Part shown: in pieces, positions 1 to 8,463 of the stretch | How positions within the stretch are numbered: position 1 is the first letter of the stretch | Layout of the letters: each line of letters starts with the position of its first letter | Source of the DNA: an uncultured bacterium | GTDB lineage: Bacteria; Lernaellota; Lernaellaia; Lernaellales; Lernaellaceae | Reading direction: 5' to 3' | DNA: 57,401 bases | Assembly: GCA_964534375.1 (NCBI GenBank) | Contig: CAZHPN010000010.1 | Coordinates: forward strand, 1 to 57,401 | The notes under the pieces: generated by a model | Told to the model about the DNA's origin: nothing | Databases searched by the model: none | The model's input: only the letters and a program-made list of their open reading frames with translations | Translations under genes and position numbers: made by a program

Positions 1-585
1 AGGGGGGACGGCTGCCCGGGCGTGATTTTGCATTACGGCGACGACGACGATGACAATGACGACAATGACGACAACGACAATGACAATGACAACGACGACG
101 CCACGCCGCTCCTCGGTTATGACGACGGCGACACAATGCCGGATTTCACCTTGACGTCGAACGGCGGCGCGCCGGTTTCGTTGTCCGCCTACCGGGGCCG
201 GATCGTGCTGCTCGATTCGTCGGCGATGTGGCGCCGCTATTGCCGTTACGAAACGCCGTTGCTCGAAACGCAGTTTTACCAGCCGTATCAGAATCAAGGC
301 CCGGGCTTGATGGTGCTGCAACTGCTTGGGCAGGACTGCAACTACGCCACGCCGACGGTCGCGGAACTACAGGCCTGGGGGGGGACTACGTACGGCCTCG
401 CTTTCCCCGTGCTGGCCGATGCGAACTTCCAAGTCGGCAACCAGATCAACGACGGCGGCATCCCGTTCTTCTGGGTCCTCGACGCAAATATGGTGATCGT
501 CGCGAAGTCGGACGACGGCGGCAATTATCACGATTTGTCGTATTTCGGCCCGATCGTTCGCCAATTGCTCGGGCTCGGCGAATAA
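1..585 (+). CDS. 5'-truncated protein: end of an 'ILHYG' repeat module, poly-Asp linker, TlpA/AhpC-TSA-like redoxin domain with degenerate active site (WRRYC)
   Basis: Frame is open from position 1 (RGDGCPGVILHYG...). Redoxin fold motifs MPDFTL, VLQLL, FPVLAD, GGIPFFWVLD. Close paralogue of 5235..5819. Confidence 0.75.
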   Translation, partial: RGDGCPGVILHYGDDDDDNDDNDDNDNDNDNDDATPLLGYDDGDTMPDFTLTSNGGAPVSLSAYRGRIVLLDSSAMWRRYCRYETPLLETQFYQPYQNQGPGLMVLQLLGQDCNYATPTVAELQAWGGTTYGLAFPVLADANFQVGNQINDGGIPFFWVLDANMVIVAKSDDGGNYHDLSYFGPIVRQLLGLGE

Positions 586-757
586 TCGGCGCGCAAACGC
601 CCGCACTTGTCGGGAAAATCCGCGGCCGGCGCCGCTAACCATACGACGAGCAAAACGCCGCCCGGGCGGGACAGCAGCCGGCGGGAAACAAGATGAAGCG
701 CCGGATATGCCGGACCAGGATTGGCTTTGGCTTTTTCCTGTCGTCAGGGAGGACGAC

Positions 758-910
758 ATGAGCGCAAACCTGTTGCGGAAACTGATCGCGGACGCGCGGG
801 CGGCGGGCACGCCGGAGAACTTCGAAGCGGTCCGGCAGGCGGGCCTCGCCGCGGAGAGGTCCGGGGAACTGACTGAGGACGACTTCGGGAACATCATGCG
901 CGCCGTGTAG
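758..910 (+). CDS. small hypothetical protein (50 aa)
   Basis: Strong SD (AGGGAGG) before ATG 758; helical, protein-like composition. Confidence 0.55.
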   Translation: MSANLLRKLIADARAAGTPENFEAVRQAGLAAERSGELTEDDFGNIMRAV

Positions 911-1121
911 CGGGCCTCCCAGAAATACAGGTATTTTGTAATGTCGGATGAGTGAAACGGATCGGCGTGGATCGCCGCATGTCGGCGGAGGCGGGAGGGG
1001 GGGCTCAAAACTAGCGTTCGGCCAGATGCCCGCACGGTGCGGGCGTGCGCGCCAAGGGAGCGCCGACGAACGCGCGTCGCGGCGGCTTTTGGCCTTTCCG
1101 TGGCGACTCTGTGGTGACTCC

Positions 1122-1158
1122 AAAAAAAAGGGGCCGCGCCGCATTGGCGCACCCCCTT
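1122..1158 (-). terminator. rho-independent terminator downstream of tRNA-Asn
   Basis: Minus strand: AAGGGGGTGCGCC-AATGC-GGCGCGGCCCC hairpin followed by T8. Confidence 0.7.
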
Positions 1159-1168
1159 GTTTTCATTG

Positions 1169-1241
1169 CTCCACAGGAGGGACTCGAACCCCCGACCAAT
1201 CGGTTAACAGCCGATCGCTCTACCGACTGAGCTACTGTGGA
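1169..1241 (-). tRNA. tRNA-Asn (GTT), CCA not encoded
   Basis: Reverse complement TCCACAGTAGCTCAGTCGGTAGAGCGATCGGCTGTTAACCGATTGGTCGGGGGTTCGAGTCCCTCCTGTGGAG folds as a full cloverleaf with anticodon GTT. Confidence 0.97.
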
Positions 1242-1325
1242 ATAATTGCAAGGACCAGATCAAAATCAGGCGCTTCTTATAACGAATTCAGAGCACCGAA
1301 GTCAAGGGCAGAAACAGGGCGAGAA

Positions 1326-1542
1326 ATGCCCATTCGAATTGTTCGCGTCTTGAGGCTGCGGGTCCCTCAACACAACGGCCCCGAATACACCGGAAGCACG
1401 ACAACCAAACACGTTGCAAGGCCGTGGACGGTCGTTTGGTCAAAGGACCATGTGTCACGGAGTGATGCCGCGTTGCGCGAGCGGCAGACAAGAAAAGCGC
1501 GGCATCCGGCGATTTCTCGCCGAGAACAGTTTCGTTCGGTAG
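1326..1542 (+). pseudogene. GIY-YIG-family small nuclease remnant (N-terminal motif lost, C-terminal frameshift)
   Basis: Translates as ...RVPQHNGPEYTGSTTTKHVARPWTVVWSKDHVSRSDAALRERQ, then in a shifted frame KRGIRRFLAENSFVR*. This matches the HN..TK..PW..SR..A..RE..IK pattern of small GIY-YIG proteins. Confidence 0.65.
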
Positions 1543-1598
1543 AGCGATCCCGCTCCGAGCGGGATTGGTCGGGGGGTCGAGTCCCTCCGGTGGAGCAA
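1536..1598 (+). pseudogene. tRNA-Asn-derived pseudo-tRNA with anticodon arm replaced by palindrome ATCCCGCTC-C-GAGCGGGAT
   Basis: 1536-1549 is identical to the tRNA D-arm/anticodon-stem start (14/14). 1563-1598 matches the tRNA 3' half plus CAA flank (34/36). The 5' acceptor strand is not conserved. Confidence 0.85.
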
Positions 1599-1801
1599 CG
1601 ACAGCAAGGGGTTGCGCCAGTTCGGCGCGGCCTGCGTCACCTGTTCCGCGGGCCAAAAGTGCCTGGCCGGCGCGTGCGTCTGCGACGCAACGAGCTGCCC
1701 GAATGGAACCGGCGGGCGATGGTTCAAGACGGTCCGCGGCGCGTGGCGTGGCCGCGGACGCGGCGCGTGGCACGTCGCCAACGCCACGTCGTCAGCCCGG
1801 C

Positions 1802-1831
1802 TTGACGGGCGCCGCCGGTGGGGCGTGTAAT
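1802..1831 (+). promoter_or_regulatory. putative sigma70 promoter
   Basis: TTGACG-N18-TGTAAT; nearly the same motif occurs at 5129-5157. Confidence 0.45.
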
Positions 1832-1911
1832 ACGTCGGCATCCGTCTTTCCGGCCGCGCGGAAAGCAGCAATCACGACGAAAAGACTTTATTGGACGCGG
1901 GGGAGACCGCT

Positions 1912-2904
1912 ATGCCTCAAATCTTTCGTCTCGCGTTTGTCGCTTTTCTTGCTTTGGCGGCGGCCCTTTGTTTGCCGGCATGCGGCGGCGGCAAGGGCCG
2001 CACCACGATCAACAATTACTTCGATGACGATAACGACGACGCGTCGCCCGCTGACGACGACGACAATGACGCCTCGCCAGGCGCCGACGACGATAACGAC
2101 GACGCCTCGCCGGCCGACGATGACGACGACGACAATGACAACGACGACAACGACGACGATGACTCGGCGGACATTTTCGGTTTGACCGGGACGGCCAACG
2201 GCAAATATCCGATTCGACTCGCCGCGAACACGCAGTACGATTTTGCGTTCTACGTTTTCAATTCCGACGGCGGCGGGATCGCGATCCAGAAAGTCGATAT
2301 CTCGCTGCCCAACAAGTCCTACGGGTTGAACGCGGGCGACTTGCAGGCCCCGGCGGCGTTGCACCCGACCCTCGGCAGTTGGAAAGTCAGCTATTCGGCG
2401 GTGACGGCGACAATCACCTGGGAGTTCGAAGACGCGAGCACGGCGGAGGACGTCGGCGACATCCGGGAAGGCGAAATGCTGACCTTCAGCTTCGACGCGA
2501 CGACCGACGGCGCCGCCACCGACGGCTTTGCCTGGACGCTGACCGGCGACGACCCGGCGGCGACCTTCGTCTCGGGCGTGTGGTTGTTCGGCGGCAGCGC
2601 GCCGGACGACGACAGCGCGCCGGACGACGACAGCGCGCCGGACGACGACGCCGCGCCGACGTGCCAGAGCGTCTATAACGAGCTTTACATTACCTGCGGC
2701 GACACCTTCAAAGACGCAAACGGCGACGACATTCCGGAGGCCGAGGTCGTCCTGTCCTGCACCGAGAACGTCAACGGCTACGGGCTGAGCGGCGCCATCG
2801 CCCAATGCATCATCGACAATCCGGGCGCTTGCGCGAAAATCGCGGCCTGCATCGAGGCCGTCATCGGCGGCCGGCCTCGCCGCGCCGGGGGGCGGGGCGC
2901 GTAA
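1912..2904 (+). CDS. lipoprotein with poly-Asp linkers, beta-rich middle domain and Cys-rich C-terminal domain
   Basis: SD GGGGGAG; signal peptide ending in LPAC; DDDNDDASPA repeats; SAPDDD x3; C-terminal region with several Cys. Confidence 0.8.
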   Translation: MPQIFRLAFVAFLALAAALCLPACGGGKGRTTINNYFDDDNDDASPADDDDNDASPGADDDNDDASPADDDDDDNDNDDNDDDDSADIFGLTGTANGKYPIRLAANTQYDFAFYVFNSDGGGIAIQKVDISLPNKSYGLNAGDLQAPAALHPTLGSWKVSYSAVTATITWEFEDASTAEDVGDIREGEMLTFSFDATTDGAATDGFAWTLTGDDPAATFVSGVWLFGGSAPDDDSAPDDDSAPDDDAAPTCQSVYNELYITCGDTFKDANGDDIPEAEVVLSCTENVNGYGLSGAIAQCIIDNPGACAKIAACIEAVIGGRPRRAGGRGA

Positions 2905-3118
2905 CCCGTTCACGACCGGCGTCCCGATTGCGCGAATCGCAGAAACGCGCCCGGCGTAAACAACGCGGGGCTCTGTGCTGCGCTGTCGTCGCCAGGGCCG
3001 TGTCCTTGCCAGTTGCCGGGTCAGCGCCAGCAAGCGGCCGGTCTCCGCGTCGGCGAAGATGATCCTGCCGCACTTGCCCGGCCAGTTGCTCGGTCATCGT
3101 GTCCCTTCTCGCGTCGAA

Positions 3119-5032
3119 TTACTTCCGGGGGCCTGCCGGTCTCAGTACGATTTCTTCGATCTCCCGCGGCTCGCCAACGGTTGACGTCAGTTTCACCACG
3201 GTCGTCGGTCCGTAATTGACCACGGCTTCAAAACCAGGCGACGCCCACCGTCCAGCGAATTCGTCGACCGTTTTTATTTCCGTTTCAATTCCGCCCGCCG
3301 GCGAACCGACCATTTCGACGGCCCAAGGTCTATCGGGCATCTGCGGCAGCGCCACCGCGGCGGACTGCCCGGGCGACAGCCATCCCACGAGACGGCCATC
3401 ATGGTTGACGACCGCTTTTGAGTCTGGGCCGGAACTCAAAAAATAACCGGGAATCCGAATATCCGCCGGCGTCGCCCGAATGCCGATGTTTTCTCCGTAC
3501 TTGCGAAACCAAATCGTCGCCTCGGACGCCGCCACATCATTCAACAAGACTCGCACAGGCGTGTATTGCGCCAAGAATTCCGGCTCGCCCGCCAATCGTC
3601 GCCCGACGAAAAAACACGGTTCGAAATCGCCAACCCCGAAAATGATCATGTCCGGTTTTTGGCGGAGTATGTATTTTGCGTCGCCAAACTCGTGCGCGAG
3701 ATATCCCCGCCCGATATTTTCCGGCGGATGGCGCGCGATGTAGTCGTCGTTTAGGCCGAGCATATCGAGCGCCGGCAACTGCGACCAATACGGAAGGCAC
3801 CCGGCGGCGGTCACGGCGATCAGCGGCCGTTGCGCCTCAAACGCGGTTTTGAGCAGCAAGCCGAGCTTCTTCCCGCGCGGCACGACCAGTTCGTGCTTGG
3901 CGAGCGCGATTTCGGGAACGCGCGGTTGCTGGATGACGAAAACCGCCAGCAGCAGCGCCAAAAAAATGACAAAAGCGGCGCGAACGATCGGCGGTCGCCG
4001 TTGCAGCGTGAGCCAAGCCAGCCGCACTCCGTCAATTGTCGCATAGGTGAACATGACAATAATCGGCATAAAATGCCGCCAACCCAGCGCGATATCGCCT
4101 CCAATGACAATGAGATACGACGCCCAACATCCCAGCATCGACAGCAGCAACGCGGCGCGGACTCGCGTTTCGCGGACGATCAGGCCGGCCGTCAACGAAA
4201 GGATGCCAGTCAGGGCGAACGGCGCCAGGGCCAGCAACCCGCGCGCGACATACTCCAACCCTTCGGTCAAGTGGTGCGCGGAGGGCGAGAGTTTGACCCG
4301 GGCGGTGTTCGGCAGGACGTCACCGTAATAGCCTACGCGAAAGGCGATCTGTCCGCCATAGAACAAGATAGGGAACGCCAATAGCAAGGCCGTTTTTCGC
4401 AGTCCGTCGCGGCGGTCCACGCCAAGCCAGCGGGGAATCAACACGAGGCCGGCAGCGGCGGCGAAAATCGGGCCATCCACACGGGTGATCGAAAGCAGCC
4501 CGAACAGCAAGGACAATAAAGCAACGGCGGCTATCGCGGCTTTCTCTCGCTCCGCGACGAGAAAACACAACGGAATCGCAGCGGCGAGCAAGGCGGCAAC
4601 GAGAGGTTGCTCCAGCCCGCCAATCGCCCGGATCGCGACCGGCGCGGCCAAACAGTAGAACGACAGGCCGACCGCCAGCGGCGCCCAAACCGTTTTCAAA
4701 CGATCCAGCTTCAAACCCCACGACAGCGTGGCAATCAGAGCGGCAACAACGCCGGCAACGCCGAGGATTCGGGCGGCATCGACCAAATCTGCGCCGCACG
4801 CGCCGAGACTCGCGATCGCCAGCACCCATAATAAGTTGGAGTATCCCTCGACCGGGCGGCCCGCGGTCCAGGTCAAACCCTGGCCGTGCAACAGCCGTTG
4901 GGCATACCGCAGGGAAATGAGCGCGTCGTCATCCAAAAACGGCAAATACTGCAGGGAGTGTGCGACCAACAAAATCGTGAAGAAACCGCCGAAAAACAAA
5001 AAGACCAAGGCGGCTCTGACGTTGGGTCGCAT
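3119..5032 (-). CDS. polytopic membrane protein, probable GT-C glycosyltransferase (arabinosyltransferase-like)
   Basis: DDALISLRYA / VEGYSN motifs after the first TM; LTRVDG, YYGDVLPNT, ALDMLGLND motifs; many TM helices. Confidence 0.7.
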   Translation of the reverse strand: MRPNVRAALVFLFFGGFFTILLVAHSLQYLPFLDDDALISLRYAQRLLHGQGLTWTAGRPVEGYSNLLWVLAIASLGACGADLVDAARILGVAGVVAALIATLSWGLKLDRLKTVWAPLAVGLSFYCLAAPVAIRAIGGLEQPLVAALLAAAIPLCFLVAEREKAAIAAVALLSLLFGLLSITRVDGPIFAAAAGLVLIPRWLGVDRRDGLRKTALLLAFPILFYGGQIAFRVGYYGDVLPNTARVKLSPSAHHLTEGLEYVARGLLALAPFALTGILSLTAGLIVRETRVRAALLLSMLGCWASYLIVIGGDIALGWRHFMPIIVMFTYATIDGVRLAWLTLQRRPPIVRAAFVIFLALLLAVFVIQQPRVPEIALAKHELVVPRGKKLGLLLKTAFEAQRPLIAVTAAGCLPYWSQLPALDMLGLNDDYIARHPPENIGRGYLAHEFGDAKYILRQKPDMIIFGVGDFEPCFFVGRRLAGEPEFLAQYTPVRVLLNDVAASEATIWFRKYGENIGIRATPADIRIPGYFLSSGPDSKAVVNHDGRLVGWLSPGQSAAVALPQMPDRPWAVEMVGSPAGGIETEIKTVDEFAGRWASPGFEAVVNYGPTTVVKLTSTVGEPREIEEIVLRPAGPRK

Positions 5033-5128
5033 CGGGACGTTCCTCGCAGTCGGTGCACTTGTCGAAGCGCGGTCATATATAGCACTTCGCCCGGAGCGGC
5101 GACAGCCGCCGAACGTCCGCTGCCGCGG

Positions 5129-5157
5129 TTGACGGGGACGGAGCGCGGGCGTGTAAT
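5129..5157 (+). promoter_or_regulatory. putative sigma70 promoter
   Basis: TTGACG-N17-TGTAAT upstream of 5235. Confidence 0.5.
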
Positions 5158-5234
5158 CGGAGTGTCAGTCACTTTCCGAGCGACCGGAAAGCAGTCGTCA
5201 GGCCGACGGGACAAATGAACGCCGGGAGGATTTC

Positions 5235-5819
5235 ATGATCAGGCAGTGGTTTTTCGTTATGATTGTTTTCCTGGCGTTCGGCTTTGCCGTTGCGTGCGGC
5301 GGCGGCGCGGGCAGCATCGCGAGTTCGAAATACCATGGCGTCAAGGCCGCGGGCGTCCCTGGTTACGCTGACGGCGACACAATGCCGAATTTCACATTGG
5401 TTTCGAATAGCGGCGCGATGGTGTCGCTGACCGATCACAAGGGCAAGGTCATCCTGCTGCAGTTGGCGGCGATGTGGTGTCCGGTGTGCCAAGGCGACAC
5501 GCCGCTTCTGGAAACGGAATACTACCTGCCGTACCGCAATCGAGGCCCGGGCTTCGTCGTTCTGCAATTGCTCAACTCGGACGACTTCGACAATACGCCC
5601 TCGGTGAGCGAGCTGGAAACGTGGGCGAGCGACTACGGCCTGACCTTTCCGGCGCTGGCCGATGACGGAACGGTCTTCGGCGCGATCAACCCGGGCTATG
5701 TCCCCTATTACATAGTGCTGGACGCCAACCTGACGGTCGTCGCGACATCGGACGACGGCGGCAATGAATACGGGCTTTCGTATTTCGACCCGTTCGTTCG
5801 CGATCTTCTCGGCGGGTGA
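5235..5819 (+). CDS. TlpA-like redoxin lipoprotein
   Basis: SD GGGAGG; lipobox AVAC; WCPVC active site; YVPYYIVLD cis-Pro loop. Confidence 0.85.
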   Translation: MIRQWFFVMIVFLAFGFAVACGGGAGSIASSKYHGVKAAGVPGYADGDTMPNFTLVSNSGAMVSLTDHKGKVILLQLAAMWCPVCQGDTPLLETEYYLPYRNRGPGFVVLQLLNSDDFDNTPSVSELETWASDYGLTFPALADDGTVFGAINPGYVPYYIVLDANLTVVATSDDGGNEYGLSYFDPFVRDLLGG

Positions 5820-6008
5820 GATCGGATCGCGCAAGACCAGGGCCGGTCCGACCACGCCGGCGGAACGATGGCCGCTGCCAGAAGCCAGTCGGCGATTCTC
5901 GCGGCTTGCCACGCCAGAACGAATGGCGGCGGAGGAAGCATCTGTCGCCGCCCGGCGTTGGCGCGGCGCCTGGCATTTGTCTATAATTCGCCATCTCAGG
6001 AGGATGCG

Positions 6009-6611
6009 ATGGCGGAGAAACAACGGCATTTGTTGGGCCGCGTGTTCGAGGAAGAGGCGCTCGCTCTATTGTTCTTCGTCGGGCTGATGTGGCTGGTCGA
6101 AATTGTCAATGTGGCGATCTTCCGGGGCGGCCTGTGCAACTTCGGCGTTCGGCCGCGGTCGCTGGGCGGTTTGGCCGGCATCGCGTTCGCGCCGTTCTTG
6201 CACGGCGGCTTCGCGCATCTCTCGGCGAACACCATGCCGTTTCTGATCCTCGGCTGGCTGACGATGGTGCGCCGCATCGGCGATTTTTTTCTGGTGTTTT
6301 TCTGGGCGGCGCTCGGCAGCGGCCTGGGCGCGTGGCTGTTTGGCGCCGCGAATTCGGTGCACATCGGCGCCAGCGGCGTGATCTTCGGGTTCCTCGGATT
6401 CTTGCTGTTGCGCGGCTGGTTCGAACGACGCCTTCTTTCGCTGCTGTTTTCGCTGGCGATCGGCGTTCTTTACGGCGGCATGATTTGGCAGGTCCTGCCG
6501 TCGCAACCGGGAATCTCCTGGCAAAGCCATCTTTTCGGTTTTCTCGGGGGCGTGTTCGCCGCGCGGCGGGCAGGGCAGGCGCGGCGCGCCGGCGCATCCA
6601 GCGCGCAGTGA
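6009..6611 (+). CDS. rhomboid family intramembrane serine protease
   Basis: SD AGGAGG; PFLHGGFAHLSAN, HIGASG (catalytic Ser), ISWQSHLFG (catalytic His). Confidence 0.92.
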   Translation: MAEKQRHLLGRVFEEEALALLFFVGLMWLVEIVNVAIFRGGLCNFGVRPRSLGGLAGIAFAPFLHGGFAHLSANTMPFLILGWLTMVRRIGDFFLVFFWAALGSGLGAWLFGAANSVHIGASGVIFGFLGFLLLRGWFERRLLSLLFSLAIGVLYGGMIWQVLPSQPGISWQSHLFGFLGGVFAARRAGQARRAGASSAQ

Positions 6612-6665
6612 ACAGCGAGCAGTGAACAGCGAGCAGTGAACAAAGAACAATGAACAGTGAACAAT
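6606..6665. repeat. 7-bp tandem repeat (CAGTGAA/CAGCGAG, about 8 units)
   Basis: cagtgaa cagcgag cagtgaa cagcgag cagtgaa caaagaa caatgaa cagtgaa; the first unit supplies the rhomboid TGA. Confidence 0.85.
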
Positions 6666-6837
6666 AGGATTCGCTTTTTTCTCGCGCGGTCGCGAGTTCG
6701 GGAATCGAACCTCGCTAAAAGTGAATCACGCGGGGCGGCCGGCGTGGTGGACGATCGCCTGGCGGCGACTTACTTTGTGAAGCGATTTTGCGTCCGGCAG
6801 GGAGCCGGGGCGTGAACCCATCCATCGGGAGGACGGC

Positions 6838-7278
6838 ATGCAACCGAACATTCATCTCAACTGGTTGGCGATTGTAGTGAGCATCGTCGCGAATTTCGCG
6901 CTCGGCAGCCTCTGGTATGGCCCGCTGTTCGGCAAGGCCTGGATGAAGGAAATCGGCATGTCGGCCGACAAAAAACCGACGCGGGCGGAAATCGTCAGGG
7001 CGATGGGCCTCAATATCTTCGGCACGTTGCTGATGGCCTACGTTTTGGCGTGGAACGTGGCGGGCTGGCGGCCATCGGCGTGGAACGCGGGCGAGGACGG
7101 CTCGCCGGCGGCGTACGGGTTCTTCGCCGCCTTTTTCTCCTGGCTCGGGTTCGTTGTGCCGGTGATGCTGAACAGCGTTGCGTTCGAACGCCGCAGTTGG
7201 AAGCTCTTCGGCATCGGCGCCGGCTGGCAGCTCATCGGCCTGGTCGTCATGGGGATGATCCTCGCCTATTGGCGCTAG
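6838..7278 (+). CDS. DUF1761-family membrane protein
   Basis: NWLAIVV...LGSLWYGPLFGKAW and FERRSWKLF motifs; 4 TM; SD GGGAGG. Confidence 0.85.
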   Translation: MQPNIHLNWLAIVVSIVANFALGSLWYGPLFGKAWMKEIGMSADKKPTRAEIVRAMGLNIFGTLLMAYVLAWNVAGWRPSAWNAGEDGSPAAYGFFAAFFSWLGFVVPVMLNSVAFERRSWKLFGIGAGWQLIGLVVMGMILAYWR

Positions 7279-7937
7279 CTCAACTTCCCCATCTCAAAAG
7301 AAAATAGCGTGCGATTCGTCACGAATCGGGGCGGAGGAGATCGTCGCGACGACGGAGGCCCGGTTCGGCCCGGCGCAACGCATTGGGGTGGCGGCGGTTT
7401 GCCTCGCAAAAACTCGTGATCCAAGTTCACAAAAAGTAATTCGACGTTTCTTTTTCTCGCTTTCATCGAAGATTCTAGATTAAGTAACTTACTGTAACTA
7501 ACTGAAAACGTTAGCAATCAATAAAGTTCACTTGTTGGCTCGGATTTTGAAATAACTAATCATACGGTCCGGAAAGGAGGGGCTGAAAAAATCCGCGCCG
7601 GCGCATGTCCGCCCGCGACCCGAAGCCCTCGGCATCGGCGGACGACCGCGCGACGCGTGAACGGCGGCGCACAGACCGGCAGGATTGGCACAGCGCGTGG
7701 CCGAAAAAACGGGCTGTGTTCGCCGGTCCGCCGCCGAAAAAAAGAACGGCAAGATTGAGGCGAGCGAGGCGGCGGAAAAGCGTTTCCCCACGGAGCCTTG
7801 TCGATTCCAGCGAGGCCTCGAAGTGAGGGTTGTGACGGTAAGTATTTGAAATTGCGCCGATGAAAAAAATACGCTGATTGTCCCGGACTACGTATTGCGG
7901 GCTCCAATCAGACAAAGCAAACGAAGGAGAAAGTTCC

Positions 7938-8291
7938 ATGCTGGAGTCTGTGGTCAACACGGGTATTTTTTGCGCCTTCTGCCTCCTCTTGGCGACGATG
8001 CGCCGGTATCAGGATCTGGCGCGCGACCATCGTCGCCGCCTCGACGAAGGCCGTGTGCTGGAGCTCGTCAACAAAGGCCGGCGCGCCGAATCCGGCGACG
8101 TTGAGCCGAACGGGGCGCTCGACGCGAAATGGCGCCGCGACCCGCAAGCGGACGCGGAAGCTGTCCTTCGGCCGGCCATGAAACGTCATGGCACGCGGTT
8201 CAAAACCTTGCCGGCGTTCGAACTCGGGGCGGACCCGTACTACGTCAAGTTGAACCAAACGAGCCGGTCCCGGCGCCAGGAAACAGCGTAA
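7938..8291 (+). CDS. hypothetical protein with N-terminal hydrophobic segment
   Basis: SD AAGGAG before ATG 7938; no recognised motif. Confidence 0.5.
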   Translation: MLESVVNTGIFCAFCLLLATMRRYQDLARDHRRRLDEGRVLELVNKGRRAESGDVEPNGALDAKWRRDPQADAEAVLRPAMKRHGTRFKTLPAFELGADPYYVKLNQTSRSRRQETA

Positions 8292-8463
8292 ATCGCAACC
8301 GCGCAATCCTGTTTTTCACGGGTGCGGCGGCGTTCGGCGCGACGGCGCCGCGTCGGACGCCGCCGCCTTCCGACAAAGGAACCCACTGACATTTCGCGAA
8401 ACTTCCGACTCGGCCCGGCCGCGAAAAATGCCGGGACCGCGAGTTGGGCAAGGAGATACGAGG

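Noticed and set aside
1522..1598. Functional tRNA-Arg(CCG)
   Set aside because: The acceptor stem cannot pair, the T-loop has G at the T54 position and the 5' D-stem strand is altered; treated as a pseudo-tRNA.
1169..1598. Classical attL/attR pair of an integrated element
   Set aside because: The copy is inverted rather than direct, includes D-arm sequence, and no integrase is present.
948..1805. 285-aa ORF as a real gene
   Set aside because: It runs antisense through the tRNA and across the pseudo-tRNA; only the 1326-1490 part looks protein-derived.
6685..6715. tRNA T-arm-like GGGAATCGAACC
   Set aside because: No cloverleaf around it; just a local hairpin.
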